61,657 bases of DNA from Raillietiella orientalis (lineage: Eukaryota), in assembly GCA_036172245.1 (NCBI GenBank), contig JAYWIR010000096.1, positions 186,001 through 247,657 of the forward strand, written 5' to 3'. A model generated the notes under the pieces. It ran no database searches. It worked only from the letters and a program-made list of their open reading frames with translations, and had not been told where the DNA came from. Below, piece by piece: positions 33,500 through 46,382 of this stretch (positions within the stretch are counted from its first letter, which is position 1; every line of letters starts with the position of its first letter). The position numbers and the translations under genes were made by a program.

Positions 33500-36400
33500 T
33501 CATGGTGGGTTTGCTACTGTTTGGTCCAGGGCGTCGTCTTCTATCCTCTTCAGGATGAATCGGTACGTCCAGGCTTGGATTTTCCCACAGTTTCTATTGC
33601 CGATTTCCCTCTTCAGGAGCCCTTGTAGGATCTCCATCGGTGGTGCGGCTCTTCTGGCTTTGCTCATTTTCCACCACCGCGCAAGTATGGCGGTGATGAA
33701 GAGGGCGATGGTCGTCCTCACCATGGGATTGTAACAGGGAACATTACCATTCCCCTGAAACATCCCTGCGAGGATCTCCATTATGGATCTGTTCGTAAGT
33801 CCGATGATCCTTTTCAGGATCAGCCAGTCATGCAGCAATGTGGGACACGTCAAGACGTGAAGTCTCGTGTCGATGTCTCCACATGCTGTGCAGTCTCGAT
33901 CTTCCCTTCTTCCAGTGTAGTGCTGCAATCGGGACCCACTCTGAATTCCTCCATGATAAAACATCAGGAGGTCTTCATGGGTACCCGGCGGAAGGTCACT
34001 TCTCCAGAGCGTCGTGCCAATCGCTAACAGGTTGATCCGTTCACTCCCGTAGCGATCGGCGGCTTCCTGGAGGGCACTGATATCACTGTGTTCTTCTTGA
34101 ATTAGTCTTCGGAGGTTTGTTTTGGTTACCCTTGACCACGCAAAGTCGTTGTGGTTGAACCACACTTCACGAGTCATGTGGGTAAACCTTCCTAACATCA
34201 TCTCTATATACCTAAGTATACGAGTGTGATGTAGGTACCCTCCACGTTTCCACTCCTGGTTTCGGTGAAGGGTAACACTGGACCGCTGGTGGATCCAGCT
34301 TCTCGTGTCCGGCGGGACAGGAAGCATCCAAGGAATCACCAGGATGGACTCGTCCTGCCAGAGTTCCCTACTTCTCGGCACGATCTTGATTTTGTGCTTT
34401 CGCACCAGCCGTTGCTTCCTCGTCCAGCTTGGGTCGATTTTTTTCCATACGCCTGCTCGGCCTAGCAGCGCAGTCATCAGGCCTTTCGGGTTGTTCAACA
34501 ACAACGCGTAGGACCTGTGCGCGGCATACGGCCAGTCATCCCAGTGAGTGGCAATGTCCAGGAAGTGTCGCGTATCCATGATTTCCATGGAGTGTGCAAG
34601 CGACTTAATCCCGGAACCGCCTTCTTCCCTGGGACGACACAGGGGTTTTAGTCGGACTCTTGTGCGATAGTGGCCCCACAGTGTTTTTCTCTGAAGCTTG
34701 TCGAACTTTCTCGTGGTTTCCTTGTTCATCCTCGCGAAGGACGCCCCGAAGAGCACTTTTGGAAGGAGTACTCCGTTCCATATGTTGGCCTTTCGCTTCA
34801 TTCCTAGGTCCGTTCGGGTGTACTTGGCTGCTTCCTTGGCCGTTTTCCCTAGGATCTCGGTCCACAATAGGTTTGACGCGGAGACGTCGCCAATGTATAC
34901 ACTCAGGTAGTTGGCCTTGTCCACCGTTCGGAATCCTCTCCCCGCTAGAGTGGAGAGATCGAAGATTCCAACGATCAAGAGCTGGCTTTTCTGGGCGTTG
35001 ATCTTTAGACCCAGGCCTTGATCCATCAGGTCTACCACATCCAGAAACGCTCGTTGATTTCTCTCTCCCTTGATAAAGAAGAGTAGATCATCAGCGTATG
35101 CCAGATGGGTAAGACGCTGGCCATCGATTGTTATGCCTTACAGTCGTCCGCTCTTCTCGATAAAGGACGACAACGCCTCCATGTAGATGACGAACAGCAT
35201 CGGACTTAGCGAATCGCCCTGCCGGACTCCCCGTTCCATCCGGATTGCTGCCGTCTCCTGGCCGTTGATTTTGATTCGGCAGTACTGGTTCTGGAGTACC
35301 ACCCTCACGAAGTTGCTGAAGTGTTCCGGAAGGCCTAGCTTCTCCAGAACCTTCAGCAGCATCCCATGGTCGATGGAGTCGAAACCCTTCTCCATGTCAG
35401 TGAACACCAGCGCCAGATTCTCGGCGACGTATCGGCTGAGTCCGACGGTGGCCTGGGCACAGTTGACATTGTCCGACATGTGACGTGAAGGGACTGCACA
35501 CGTTTGGACCGGAGAGATGAGCCTCGACATGACCTTGCCTAAGCGGTTGGACCAGATCTTCGCCAATTACTTGGCATCGGAGTTCAGGATCGAGATTGGC
35601 CTCCATTGATCGACCTGCGTGAGGTCGCCTCCTTCTGGCAACAATCTCATCCGACTCTCGTAGAAGGACTGTGGAAGTCTTCCTTCTTCGCGGATGCAGA
35701 CGGTCAACTGGTGGAACAAACGCAGGTAGGCATTCAAGTACCGCTGATAGTGAGTGATGGGTACGCTGTCAGGGCCCGCGGCCACGTCCTTGCGTAGTTG
35801 ACCAAACGCAGTCTTCACCTCGTCTTCGGAGAATTCCTCCTCCAGTCTGTTCCGCTGTAGATCGTCGGTCCTCTTCTCGACGTAGCTCAGAAAGGCCTGT
35901 TGACTAGAGCGACAGAGATGTTGTCGCCTAAAGTGTTTCGTGTAATGCCTTTGAAATGCATCCACGATGTCCTCAGACGACTGTCGCTTTTGACCGTCGT
36001 ACTGGATGCAGAAGATATCTGTTGCCAAATTTCTCTTCTCCAGCACGACGACTTCCCCTTTTATGTTATTGAGGACGTACCGACTCTCTTACTGATCGAA
36101 GTACTTTGAGAGTGAGCGATCTTGGATGTTCAGCTCCTGGTACGCCTCCTGCCTCAAGCGCCTATCTCCGAACAGCATGTTTGCAAACAGGTGTATCCTG
36201 TGTTTCAGGCTGTCCCAGTCGGCGACTCTTCGGATTGTTGTTGCCTTCAGAATCGTCTCCAGGACAGCCTGATGTCCGGGATGGGTTTCCAACCAGGCGG
36301 GCATGCTAATGAGCGCCGCCCTGGTGCCTTGCCTCCGCCGAGGATTCTCCGTTCTTAGGGAAAAGCGCACCAGGGGGTGATCGGACACCGTGGTCATAAT

Positions 36401-37000
36401 GTCTCGAAAACCCTGGATGCGATTCCCAAGTTCGGTGCTGTGCAGGACGTGATCGATCGGCTTGTGACTTGCAGTTCGCTACACCAGTCCGAACTCGTCG
36501 GATAACCGCCAATACGCCGTCCTTCCTCTGGCATCTTCGGAGTGAGTGATCTCATCCAATATGTTGAGATCGCCAGCAACAATCACGACGTCCTCGGAAG
36601 CAACCTTTTCACGGAGTGCTGCATGCAGCGCCTCCGCACAACGATGATTTAGCCTGTGCGGCCCGTACACGTTCACCAGGATGAGGTGAACAGTAGCGGA
36701 AAAGGCCAGTCGCACGCCGATGATTCGTCCGGGTTGGGGACAGAACACTTCCAGAATAGTGGGGGCCAAGTTGTTCTTGATTAGGACCGCCACACCCTGC
36801 GTGTTTCGTTCTCCCTCGCTGACGAAAATCTGCCCGTTGAATCGCCGTACCATTTGCTGACTAATCTCGAGACCCATCCTCTCGAGGCACACTATGTCTT
36901 GTTGTGCGATGGTCCGCACAATCCTTTTTCTTTTCGACCATACCGTTTACATTTCAGGGGCGATGTTCAGCCTTCTGGCGGTCGATAGGGAAGAGGCCAT
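33500..37000 (-). pseudogene. A2 ORF2 APE-RT, multiple stops and small deletions
   Basis: Collinear with A1 ORF2; DMEKGFD, QGDSLSP, and YADD at ~35087-35098. Confidence 0.9.
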
Positions 37001-38801
37001 AAAAGGGGAAGACCTGTTCTTTGGCCTTCCTGAGGTTCTTCTGTCTGGGAGATCGTGCTCTTCCAGACAAAGAAGAAGCAGCGGGCTTCTCGCTGCCGGG
37101 GTCACTCTCTGTTCCAGTGAGGTCGGTTACTTCCGCCTCCTCCGTCGAGTGTTCGGCCCGCGCGATCGGTTTTTGAGATAGCGTCTCTAGCTGGACCTTG
37201 GCGCAGAAGTTTGCCTTTACGTCGAGAAGCTGTTCCTCTAGCTTTTCGCGCTCGGTGACCTTCACAACCTGGTTGACCTTCTCCTGTGCATTGCAGATCT
37301 TCTGCAAGATTTTCTCTTGCTGGGGACCGCTCTGCACCTCTAAGACTTCATTAGCCAGTGATGCCAACTCCTCCGTAGATTGCAGGGCCTCCTGCGACGC
37401 CGGAGTGGCTTCGGCTTTTTCTTCTTCCGCGCCCTCCCGCGCTACCTCCATCTTCTCGCCGTCTTGCTCTTCACCTTCCAGGATAAGAGGGGTTTCTTGC
37501 TCCTTGACGAGCATCCTTCTCTTTCCTTTCTTCCCTACCTGTATGAAGCCGTCTTCCGATACCGGGACGGCTTCTTTCACCTTCTTCGGCCTTCCTGCCT
37601 TCTGAGGCTGTTCCGCCTCCTTGGTGTTTCTCTCTCTCACGGGAGAGAGACCTCGAATCCTTCTGCAGTTTGCAAACTCCGGACAGCTCCATTTCGCATG
37701 TCCGTGTTTCTTGCAGAAGGAGCACACCTCCGGCTGCGGGCAGTTTCGGACTTGATGTCCTACTTTGCCGCAGCGGAAACAACGACACGTTGGGCAAGCG
37801 CCCGCCCTGTGGCCGAAATGCTTGCACCCGGTACAGAATATCGTTTGTTGCCGGTAACGCACGTTCACTCCCTGGGATTGTTCGTCAAGAACGGCTAATC
37901 CAGGGATCACAGCTCCCTCTTTCAACTTCATTTTGGCGATCATGTCGCCAGAAAATATATTTCCAGAGAAGTTCTGGAATTCAAGGTCCAGAACTTCCCC
38001 ATACTGCTCCAAAAAGGTCCACACCGTTAATTGCGGTGTGAGGATCGAGATGCCGTTCGGAAAGACGGTTGTGTATGGCATCTCGCCAACATCACAAACC
38101 ATCCTCCCTTGTATATTGATCCCCTTCTGGATCAATCGCTCTCTAATCTCTTCACAGTCTGTGAAGACTGTGAACCCGTTGTTGGCTGGTATGATCGCCT
38201 GTATGCGATCAAAATTCATGTCCGTTTTATCGAGGGACAGATAAACCTCCCTGATATTATTGAACTTGATCAGCCCAGTCTTGAAAATGATGGGCTTCAC
38301 ATTCGGCCCTAACTCCGCGATCGGTCGATCCACCTTTTGGACTTTACCGCATAGCGGCTTCCCGAATTTTCTTGGTGGGTGGACACTCGCTTGTCCAGCC
38401 GCCACCGACGCATAGGAAAAGGGCTGCGCCACCGCAGCCGAACAAGATGGCGTCTCGCCCTGAACCGCGTGGACGCCCGCGGGTCCACCCTGGGACGCCG
38501 CCGCTCCGAGCGCAACACTCGACGTCGCCTCCGTTGCCGCCGCGGGCGGCACCCTCGGCATCGCCGCCGCAGGCGCGACCTTCCCAGCCGCGGGCACGAT
38601 CCTCGGCGTCGCCGCCGCGGGCACGACCTCCGCCGTCGTCGCCGCGGGCACGACCCTTGGCATCGCCGCCGCCGGCGCAGCAAAGCCCGCCGCGGGCGCG
38701 ATCCTCGGCATGCCTGCCACCGCCTCGCCGTTGCCGCACGTTACCTCCATGGCTTCCATGGGGGACGACGGTCTCTCCACTCCTCTTCTAGGTGCCTGCA
38801 T
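36954..38801 (-). CDS. A2 ORF1 gag-like protein with three CCHC knuckles (open; normal stop lost, short extension)
   Basis: 615-aa ORF; CTGCKHFGHRAGAC, CFRCGKVGHQVRNC, CSFCKKHGHAKWSC. Confidence 0.85.
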   Translation of the reverse strand: MQAPRRGVERPSSPMEAMEVTCGNGEAVAGMPRIAPAAGFAAPAAAMPRVVPAATTAEVVPAAATPRIVPAAGKVAPAAAMPRVPPAAATEATSSVALGAAASQGGPAGVHAVQGETPSCSAAVAQPFSYASVAAGQASVHPPRKFGKPLCGKVQKVDRPIAELGPNVKPIIFKTGLIKFNNIREVYLSLDKTDMNFDRIQAIIPANNGFTVFTDCEEIRERLIQKGINIQGRMVCDVGEMPYTTVFPNGISILTPQLTVWTFLEQYGEVLDLEFQNFSGNIFSGDMIAKMKLKEGAVIPGLAVLDEQSQGVNVRYRQQTIFCTGCKHFGHRAGACPTCRCFRCGKVGHQVRNCPQPEVCSFCKKHGHAKWSCPEFANCRRIRGLSPVRERNTKEAEQPQKAGRPKKVKEAVPVSEDGFIQVGKKGKRRMLVKEQETPLILEGEEQDGEKMEVAREGAEEEKAEATPASQEALQSTEELASLANEVLEVQSGPQQEKILQKICNAQEKVNQVVKVTEREKLEEQLLDVKANFCAKVQLETLSQKPIARAEHSTEEAEVTDLTGTESDPGSEKPAASSLSGRARSPRQKNLRKAKEQVFPFYGLFPIDRQKAEHRP

Positions 38802-38926
38802 CCTGGCAGCTGGTCTTGCTGCACGGGACCACTGCAGGTCTTCCGCCGCGATCTCCTCGGCGCTTCTTTTCTAGTTTCGTTTGGAACACTTCCCCTCTCC
38901 GGGCACACACGAGCACAATGAACTGA

Positions 38927-39643
38927 TTATGTTGTCAAGCGCACAATACTTCGAGCCGCGGAGCAAGTTCACCGACTCAGCAGGAGAGGAGCGATCTCCC
39001 GTCTGTCAAGAAGGTGACTCCGTTGACGCCTTTTAAAGGCGTAGCGAAAGCAATGCCCCCAGAGAACGCAGAGAAAATCCCGGAGGTTTCCGCAACTACT
39101 GTCGCGGAAACCTTTGAAAATCGCGAAGGCGAATGGAAGGTTGTGGAGAGGAGGAAAGAAAAATCTCCAAAAAAAGCTCCGCAACCTCCATCCCTGAGCT
39201 CTTCCAAAGGAAAAAACAGTCGCGGGAATACGAAAACACGCGCGGCTTGTGACTCTTCCAAGGAAAAAGCCAGCGCCTTCTACGCGTGCAACTCCGCTTC
39301 TGTGACCGCCGAGAAGACCATTCCGGTGCAATCGGACGGATGCAAGCGCACGTCGATCGTGCTAGCATCAGACTCCGCAAAGGATTTCGATAACGCAGCT
39401 GAACGACGGGTTACTCCCGCGGGAGCGAGCGCCCGCAGGACTGAAGCCCTGAGGCGTGACACACTCGCTGCGGAACGGCGAGTGCTCACCCCGGAACCCA
39501 CAGGTTCTGCACCCGGGGAGGAGCACTTGAATACGTGCAGCACAGTTGAGGCCGGTGGCGACCGCGCCCTCCAGCCCGTTCTGCTGCTTGCTGCCCGCTC
39601 GCTGGGTGAGGCGAGCACCACGGCCTCGCTTTCCCAGCCGTGA
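38927..39643 (+). pseudogene. BC2 ORF1 C-terminal part
   Basis: Open frame from the A2 junction to SLSQP-TGA, overlapping the ORF2 ATG (TGATG at 39641-39645). Confidence 0.85.
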
Positions 39644-42600
39644 TGAGGGCAATCGCGTCTTCTCGTCGTGTTGCCGTAACGTCTTGGAACGTCAACGGGC
39701 TCCAATGCGAGTAGAAGAGGCGACTAGTGGCTGACGCTCTGCGCGCCTTCGACTCGACGCTACTGCTGGAGATTCACAGCATCTCCGGAGAGCACGCTGC
39801 CGAAATTGAACGGCGCGCGGGCGGAACGCTACTTTATAGGTGCGGCGTTGCACGTACGTGCGGCGTCGCTTTCCTCGTGCGAGGCACTTTGGCGGGAGCG
39901 GTGCGCAGCGTTCGTTTCGACACGGAAGGCCGAGTGGGACAGCTTGTACTCAAGTGGTCCGACTCGATCGACCTTGTCGTAACCAACGTGTACGCGCCGA
40001 GCGGTGCTGGACGATGGGCCGAAAGGATTGAGTTCTTCGGTACCCTTCAAAGCCAGTGGCTCACTCGATGTCACCCTACTGTAGCCTATCTCATTGCGGG
40101 GGACTTTAACGTCCACCTGCTTTCCGAGAATAGATCCCACAAAAGGGAAAAGTTGCTAGCGGAAGAGATGTGCCCGTCCGTGCACGCGTGCAACTTGTTC
40201 GCTAGCGACCCTGTTATGGCAGCAACGCCGGACTACGTAAACCTTGATGAACACTTGCTCTGTCGTGTGGGTCGGAGAGGTCCCGTGCCGTCCGTGCTTT
40301 CCGCCCACAACAGGCTCGAGTTCGAGTTGCTCCCGCCAAACAAGGGGCCTCCAAACTGTTTTTGGAGGATGCCGGCAAACTGGCTAAGCCACCAGGAGGC
40401 GACTGAGCATCTTCGCCAGTACCTCCTCGGCTTTGCCATAAGTGAGCTCGAGGACTGGGACGTTCTGAAAAGATCGGTCCGCGAGTTCTGCTGCCGGTTT
40501 CCCTTGCACCAGCTTCCGCGCGGCTTCGAAGAGGGCGTAGCCAACAGCAGAGATTTTCTGCAGGCCCGCTCCTACTCCAGGCGCGCGGACGTTGGTCGAT
40601 TATCCCAGTACAAAGCCAAGGCCGAGCGCCAGGTCTGGCAGTCAGGGGCGACAGTTCTGCTCGACGACCAGGACCGGGAATGCTCGGCTCCAGCCGACGT
40701 GCGACGGATAGTCAGGCGCTATTACTCTTTTCTGTATGCAGAGGCACCGACGGAACGCAGTTTCTCCTGGCTGCTTCTGCCGATTGATGCACCTCTTGTA
40801 GACGAGGAGGAACGCGCGCGTCTTGATGAGCCCTTCACGGCAGAGGAAATTTTTACGGCCATCTCGGGGCTCAAGAGACGAAAAGCGCCAGGCGAAGATG
40901 GGCTCCCCGCGGAATTCTTTCAGTGTTTTGCGGCGGAGCTCATCCCCCTGGTGCTCCAACTCTCGTCGCTGATGCGAGACTCGGGCGATGTCCCTGCCTC
41001 GTTTCGCTCAGCGAAGGTGCGTCTACTGCCGAAAGGCGGAGAGTTGCGCCAACTGAACAACTGGCGTCCGATCACATTAGTGAATTCGGACGTCAAGTTG
41101 TTCTCGAAACTTTGGGTGGCGCGGATGGGTAGGATCGCGGAATCCTTGGTATGTCCGGAGCAGACGTACGCTGTTTCTGGGCGGTTCATGGACGCGAATC
41201 TCTTGTTCATCCGCACATGGCTGCAATTGCAGCATCGTGTGGCGGTGGATCGTCGTGCGGAAGCGACGCCTCCGATCTCTCACCGACGGAGGCGCGGGAC
41301 GCAAAGGGTGACACCGGGAGCCTTGGCGGTTGCAGTCGATCTGCACAAAGCTTTCGATTGCGTGAACCAAAAGCTTCTTCTTGAGCTTTTGGAACGTCTG
41401 GGTCTTCCGGCATCCCTGTTGGCGTACTTGCGCTCCTGCGGTCGCCACGCGATTACATCCATTGTTTTCAGTGGCTGTCGCGTGTACGGAGTGCCGGTAC
41501 GACGAGGAATTAGGCAGGGTGACAGCTTAAGCCCGCTGCTCTTCAGCATCTATTTTGAATTGGTGCTGGAGTCTTACAGTCTGACGCTAGCCAACCTGCC
41601 GATCTTCTGTCCAGGTACGCCGGATGTGGAAGCCTATGCCGACGACCTGCTTCTCCTGTTGCCCATTTCCACCCCGGGGACATCGCTTGAAGACTTCCTA
41701 GAGTTGATTCGTCGCTGTGCGGGCGTGAGCGTTAACAGGAGTAAGTGTATGGTTGCTCCGTTGGGTGCGACGTGGGAGGCGCAGTCCGACTGAATCGACC
41801 TGGGGATCCCCACGGGCAGGTACCTCAGGTACCTTGGCGTGCCGTTGGGCGACTTCTGCATCTCAGAAGCGTGGTCGGACTGCCTTCGCAAGGCAGAGCG
41901 TGCACTTGGCCCGTTTTCAGGAGGCGAGTTCGTCTTGCCGGAACGGGCCTGCATCTGGAACACCTTCGTTGCCTTCCTCCTCCGCCCTCTGTTTTTTGTT
42001 TGTCCACCCCCCCAGGAAGTCAAAGTCTGGGCGCAGCGCCTTCTACGCAAAGGGTTGTAAGGCGCTGCAAGATCCCGTGTTAGACTTAAAGACTTGGTGG
42101 CGCCGCGTCAGGATGCAGGCTTGGGCATCCTCGAATTAAACAGTATCGACCTGCAGGTGTAGTTTCGCATTCTGCGTCTCTGTGCTTAGCTGTAGTGTAC
42201 GCCGTGGTGCTTACGCGTACGCTTTCTACTGAGGCGTTGTACGGGAAGCAAGGGACTGCTTTCGTTGCTGCTCCACTTTCGGCACACCAGAATAGGGTTT
42301 GGCTTCCCGCTGAGGCAGCTGTCCTCACTGCTGGAAGCCCAAAGCTGGATCTCTTGCCGCCCCATGAACATTAATGCATGGCGGCAGGAATTTTTTTTAT
42401 CGTGGGCAGCTTCCGAAGGAACGCGCCCGAAATATCTTCGACGGCTGCGACTTCTCCTCAGTCATCAAATGGACGAAGTCATGCAGGGCAAGAAGTTGTC
42501 GGATCGTCGGGCCGCCACACCACTCGCCGCAGCGCTGTCTGCTCTCAGGGCAAGCAACGACGTTTGCCTACCAGCGGAATGGGAGTTCTCCTGCAAAATA

Positions 42601-43215
42601 GCGGGAGTCAGTAAGCTCCTTGGCAGCTGGACGACAAAGGAGCTGCAGCAAGCCGCCACTCCTCGGAATCGGGCGAAGGGACTGCTTCGGTGAAGCGAAC
42701 ATTTAAGTCTGCCCCCCTTAGAGATAGTGGTTTTCCCCGTTTGTTTGGACAGCTCCGTGTTTCCCCTTGAGTGGAAACAAGATGTGCTGCTCTTTTTACA
42801 TTGTGCATTTCACTGTAATAGGCAGCGAAGCATCGTTTCCGGGGGAGCTGCTTTGCCAAAGTGTTTAAGGTGCGGAGAGATCGAGTCTTTTTCGCACCTT
42901 TTTCTGGACTGCGGTGACCTCCGGGAACTGTGACGAAGTCTCACTTCGGCCATCATGCCACAAGGAGGCACTGCCATTTATGTGCTGCGGCGCTTCTTCA
43001 GCAGAAATGGACTTTCGGTTGGCGCGATTGTCGCAACCATGTGTTGCGTTCGCGCCATCGTGAAGGCCCGCTACGCCCTGGAGTTGTCATCGCAGCGAAG
43101 GGAGGCTCACCTGCTTGCAGCTCAATTCATGGAGAAGCCTTCAAGGTGGTCTCATCTTCGTGACAAGGTGAATGAGGACATCACCGGCATACATCGCCGG
43201 TTTACACACCTTTGA
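39643..43215 (+). pseudogene. BC2 ORF2 APE-RT-CCHC, with several stops
   Basis: 688-aa ORF 39727-41793 with AGDFN, WRPITLVNSD, DLHKAFD, QGDSLSP and YADDLL; CLRCGEIESFSHLFLDC near 42860. Confidence 0.93.
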
Positions 43216-43568
43216 GAACGCCGTAATCCGGTGACCCCTGCGACCTGTCGCCCACCCATACCCCGTCCCCGTTCGCTCAGTAAAATTTTCGGTGCCCATG
43301 CTTTTATCCCCGTGTCTTCCAGAGCGATCCCAAAGACCCTTATCCCGTCCTCCTTATTCATTGTTTTCATTTTATTTTGGTTTCTTTGTGTTTCCCGCCC
43401 TTCCACACCGTTCACAAAACTGTTACTCTGGCCTGCGTGCCAGCAATATTCTCTTCATTCTTGTTCAGTCGTCGGTTGGGAGTTTGGTTCCCAACTGGTT
43501 TATTTTGTATAATTGCTTTTTTTTGTTATGTTATATGGAATAAACGCCCCGTCGTGACCGGGTGAGAA

Positions 43569-44683
43569 ATCTCCCGGGCTTGATCTTCGGAGATCACGTG
43601 GATCTCCTGCAGCAGCACGAGGTCGAAGGATGCCAGGGTGGCGGCCACGTTACGCCTCTTGCCGTCGTCGCTTAGCCCGTACACGTTCCAACAGGCGATC
43701 AGAAGACTTCGGCGAGAGGCAATTCCCGGCATTATGACTGGGAAAGTGGCGTCGCTGCACCTACCGCGGGGAAGGTGTAGGAAGGGTCCATCGATACGAG
43801 GACCATCGGAACGAGGACGGAGGCCACTTCAGGCGCCTAGGGTACCTGTTCGGCCTCCATCCTCACCATCCCCTCCATGTCCGAGCGTGGAATTCTTTCG
43901 GGCGACGGGTCCCGTGAGTTTCCCACGCTCATGGCACCCTCGCTACCGGAAGCCATCTCTTCTCCTTCGTCGGGGGAGACGATCTTCCGGGGCATTGTGG
44001 ACTTTCGTCCTGCCTTTTTGCGGGGTGCCGTGGAGATGGATGCTGTGTTTCCGGCCTTCACCTCGGGGTCGGAAGTGACCGACACCTGACGGGAAGCCGG
44101 ACGCCTGACGGCCTTCTTGCCAGCCTTGGGGGCAACCGGCTGCAACGAGGCAGCCAGCTTCTCCGCGGCGCGCTTGAAGGCAACGTCATCGAGCGTGAGC
44201 TTGATGACAGACGCCGCCCCCTCGCTCCCTCCTTGTTGACTTTGTCAACGGAGGGTTGAGCAGGGGCAGCAGCGAGTTCTTTAGCGCCGCATTCGTCGAT
44301 GGCGGGAATCCGCACTACAACGACGCAGCAGCTTTTAATTTTTTCGCGGCGCAGAGCGGTTTCGCTCCGTTTGGTCACGTTCTTTCCCTTCTTATGGGAG
44401 TTTTTCTTGGGGTCGACCTTCTGCCACCCTGGCTCTTGACCTTCGCCCTCGACCTTTTGTGCGTTTTTCGCCGGGGTCTCGAAGCTGGCCTTCGCCTTGT
44501 TGGCGGAGGTGAGCTCCTTAGCAGCAGCACGAGCTGCCAGCTTCTTTCGTTTTTTAGCCGCGCGCTTTCTCGCGTTTTCCTCGGACACGACGCGGATTGT
44601 GTTTTGGGGGCACACCAGACGGGTGTGCCTTGCTTGTTTGCATTGCTGGCACTGCACGCTCGGACACCTCATTTTAAGGTGTC
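43569..44683 (-). mobile_element. D-related LINE: ORF1 C-terminal half and ORF2 start (upstream part of the BC2 host)
   Basis: CQQCKQARHTRLVC; KAVRRPAS..EMASGSEGAMSVGNSRD as in D1; TAATG then MPGIASRRSLLIACWNV..LLQEIHVISEDQAREI. Confidence 0.88.
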
Positions 44684-45700
44684 CAAGGCTGCTGCTGGGC
44701 TTTTACGCCCGCCGAATTCTTCGTGAAATTCTTGAATTTCCACAGAGTTGCACGTGGGTGGAAGGCACACCCCTTGTTACGGCGATGCCCTTCCTCCAAA
44801 GGGCGCTTCACGAAAGCTGGAAGCCAAGGTGGCAATTCTGCTGCCGTATCGCAGGCAGAGAGAAGATGATCAGCGGCTGGACCATTGGAGAGTTGACAGA
44901 TGTAACGACCCCTAGTCTCCAGCCGCGTGGATTAAGAAGATGGGGCGAGCTGCTCGGCATTCGATTGGATCACCTTAAGTGGCCCCCGATTTTACTTGGA
45001 TCCAGGATTCTTTTACTGAAGTAGGAAGATTCGGCGCTTCTGTGGCTGCGTTGTGGCCTACCCTGCAACGCGCGCCGCTTCCACTGGACGCGGGGAAGAG
45101 TAAATCCAGCGTTTGCTTGGTGTAGGGAGAGGGAGTCGCTTCTCTACCTGTTAATTGATTGCCCTGACGTCCGGATTATTTGGGATCGTCTTAATACGGA
45201 CCTTGGGATACCGGATAATGGCAACGTTAGATCCGTTTACAGTCTTTTCTTCGTGCGGAACTCCGTCAATCCACATTCATCCCTGGCAGCACTTTGCAGC
45301 ATTCGTGGTACCGTGGCGGCCTGGAGAGATGCCGAAGATGAAGATTGCATCGTGAGGGACGTCATCGTGTATGCTGTTCGCTTCCTGCAGAAAGCAACCA
45401 GATGGCCCCATCTGGGAAAAATAAAAATGGAACTCGAAGGCATCCTGCAAAGTATGGGCCCTATCAGCAGTTCTCTGTGATCCCTTCCCGGCCCTCCAGT
45501 CTCATTTTGTTGTTTTCTTCTTATTTTGTTTCATTTTTGTTTTCTGCCCCATTTCCTTCCACTGCCGAAGAGCACCACACCGGGCGGCATCCCGGTGTCT
45601 CGCCAGTTCCGGTATTGCGTGGCCGTCAGTAAGGCCTTGTACCACGTTTTGTATTGACTGTAGAAACGTTTTTTAATAAACGTCCTTGCGTACCCAGGTG
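44684..45700 (+). mobile_element. G-like LINE ORF2 C-terminus and 3' end (probable continuation of host I)
   Basis: WQFCCRIAGREKMISGWTIGELTDVTTP..KMELEGIL matches G1 11409-12164; degenerate terminal motif at 45675-45700. Confidence 0.85.
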
Positions 45701-45721
45701 GCACCGCCGAAAGTCGGCGAA

Positions 45722-45765
45722 GCCGGCCTACGCAGCCCCTCGCGGAAGGGGCTGCGTAGGCCGGC
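45722..45765. repeat. Perfect 19-bp inverted repeat with a 6-nt loop
   Basis: gccggcctacgcagcccct-cgcgga-aggggctgcgtaggccggc. Confidence 0.92.
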
Positions 45766-46382
45766 ATCGGCTAAAATGGCCCTTGTGGGTAAGTCGGACC
45801 GGGAGGCCGGAAGTGCATCTTGCTCTGAGGAAGAACCACCAAGGAAAGCGGGGCCAAAAAACCAGAAACTTGGAAGGTACATTACGCTTCCGCGCGAGGG
45901 GGATGCAATGGACGAGGAACCAGTGGACGGCAGCGGGGTAGCCCAAGTCGGGCATCACCTACGTCCAAAAGCCGACCAGGAAGCGACTCCAACAAAGGAG
46001 AGTACCAAGGTAACAGGAATGCCCCCTGAAACTGCCGAACCTGAACCACCCGCACTAATGCATGTGGGCCAACAGGTGCGAGCAACACCCCGTCCGCACA
46101 AGCAGCTGGAGACGTCAGCACATAAGAAGGATGGGGAGTTGGTGGGCAAAACGCCAACCCCGTACATCGACCCGGACCAAAAGGTGGCGTTCGCCACACC
46201 GTCAGGTTCCCAGGAATAACACCTGGACTCGTTTGTCGCCGTCGGATCCTCGCGGCCTGTTGGAATTTCAACGAACTGCGCGTCGACGGAAACAGACGGC
46301 ACACAGCCGAATCCTTGCGAGATTTCGATCTGGTGATTTTGCAGGGGATCTACGTGATTACCGCAAAAGATGCATAGGAGAT
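45741..46382 (+). mobile_element. LINE G3: ORF1 tail and endonuclease start; host of BC3 and F3 (resumes at 57855-57890)
   Basis: RKGLRRPAS..AGSASCSEEEPPRK..GSQE-stop, then ACWNFNEL..VITAKDA*EI; the downstream stub QEIETIAEGQL matches G1 AQEIETIAEGRL. Confidence 0.85.

Larger units (their letters stand above)
33388..38926 (-). mobile_element. LINE A2, full length, degenerate ORF2
   Basis: ORF1 from 38801 to ~37020 open with three knuckles; ORF2 pieces 36479-36919, 36089-36397, 35567-36046, 35138-35566 and 33500-35038. Confidence 0.93.
31991..43568 (+). mobile_element. LINE BC2, full length, carrying antisense A2 (composite ~11.6 kb)
   Basis: 5' gctcgtacagtgcagacgtg; ORF1 32111-33387 plus 38927-39643; ORF2 39643-43215; 3' hairpin at 43539-43568. 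Confidence 0.92.
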
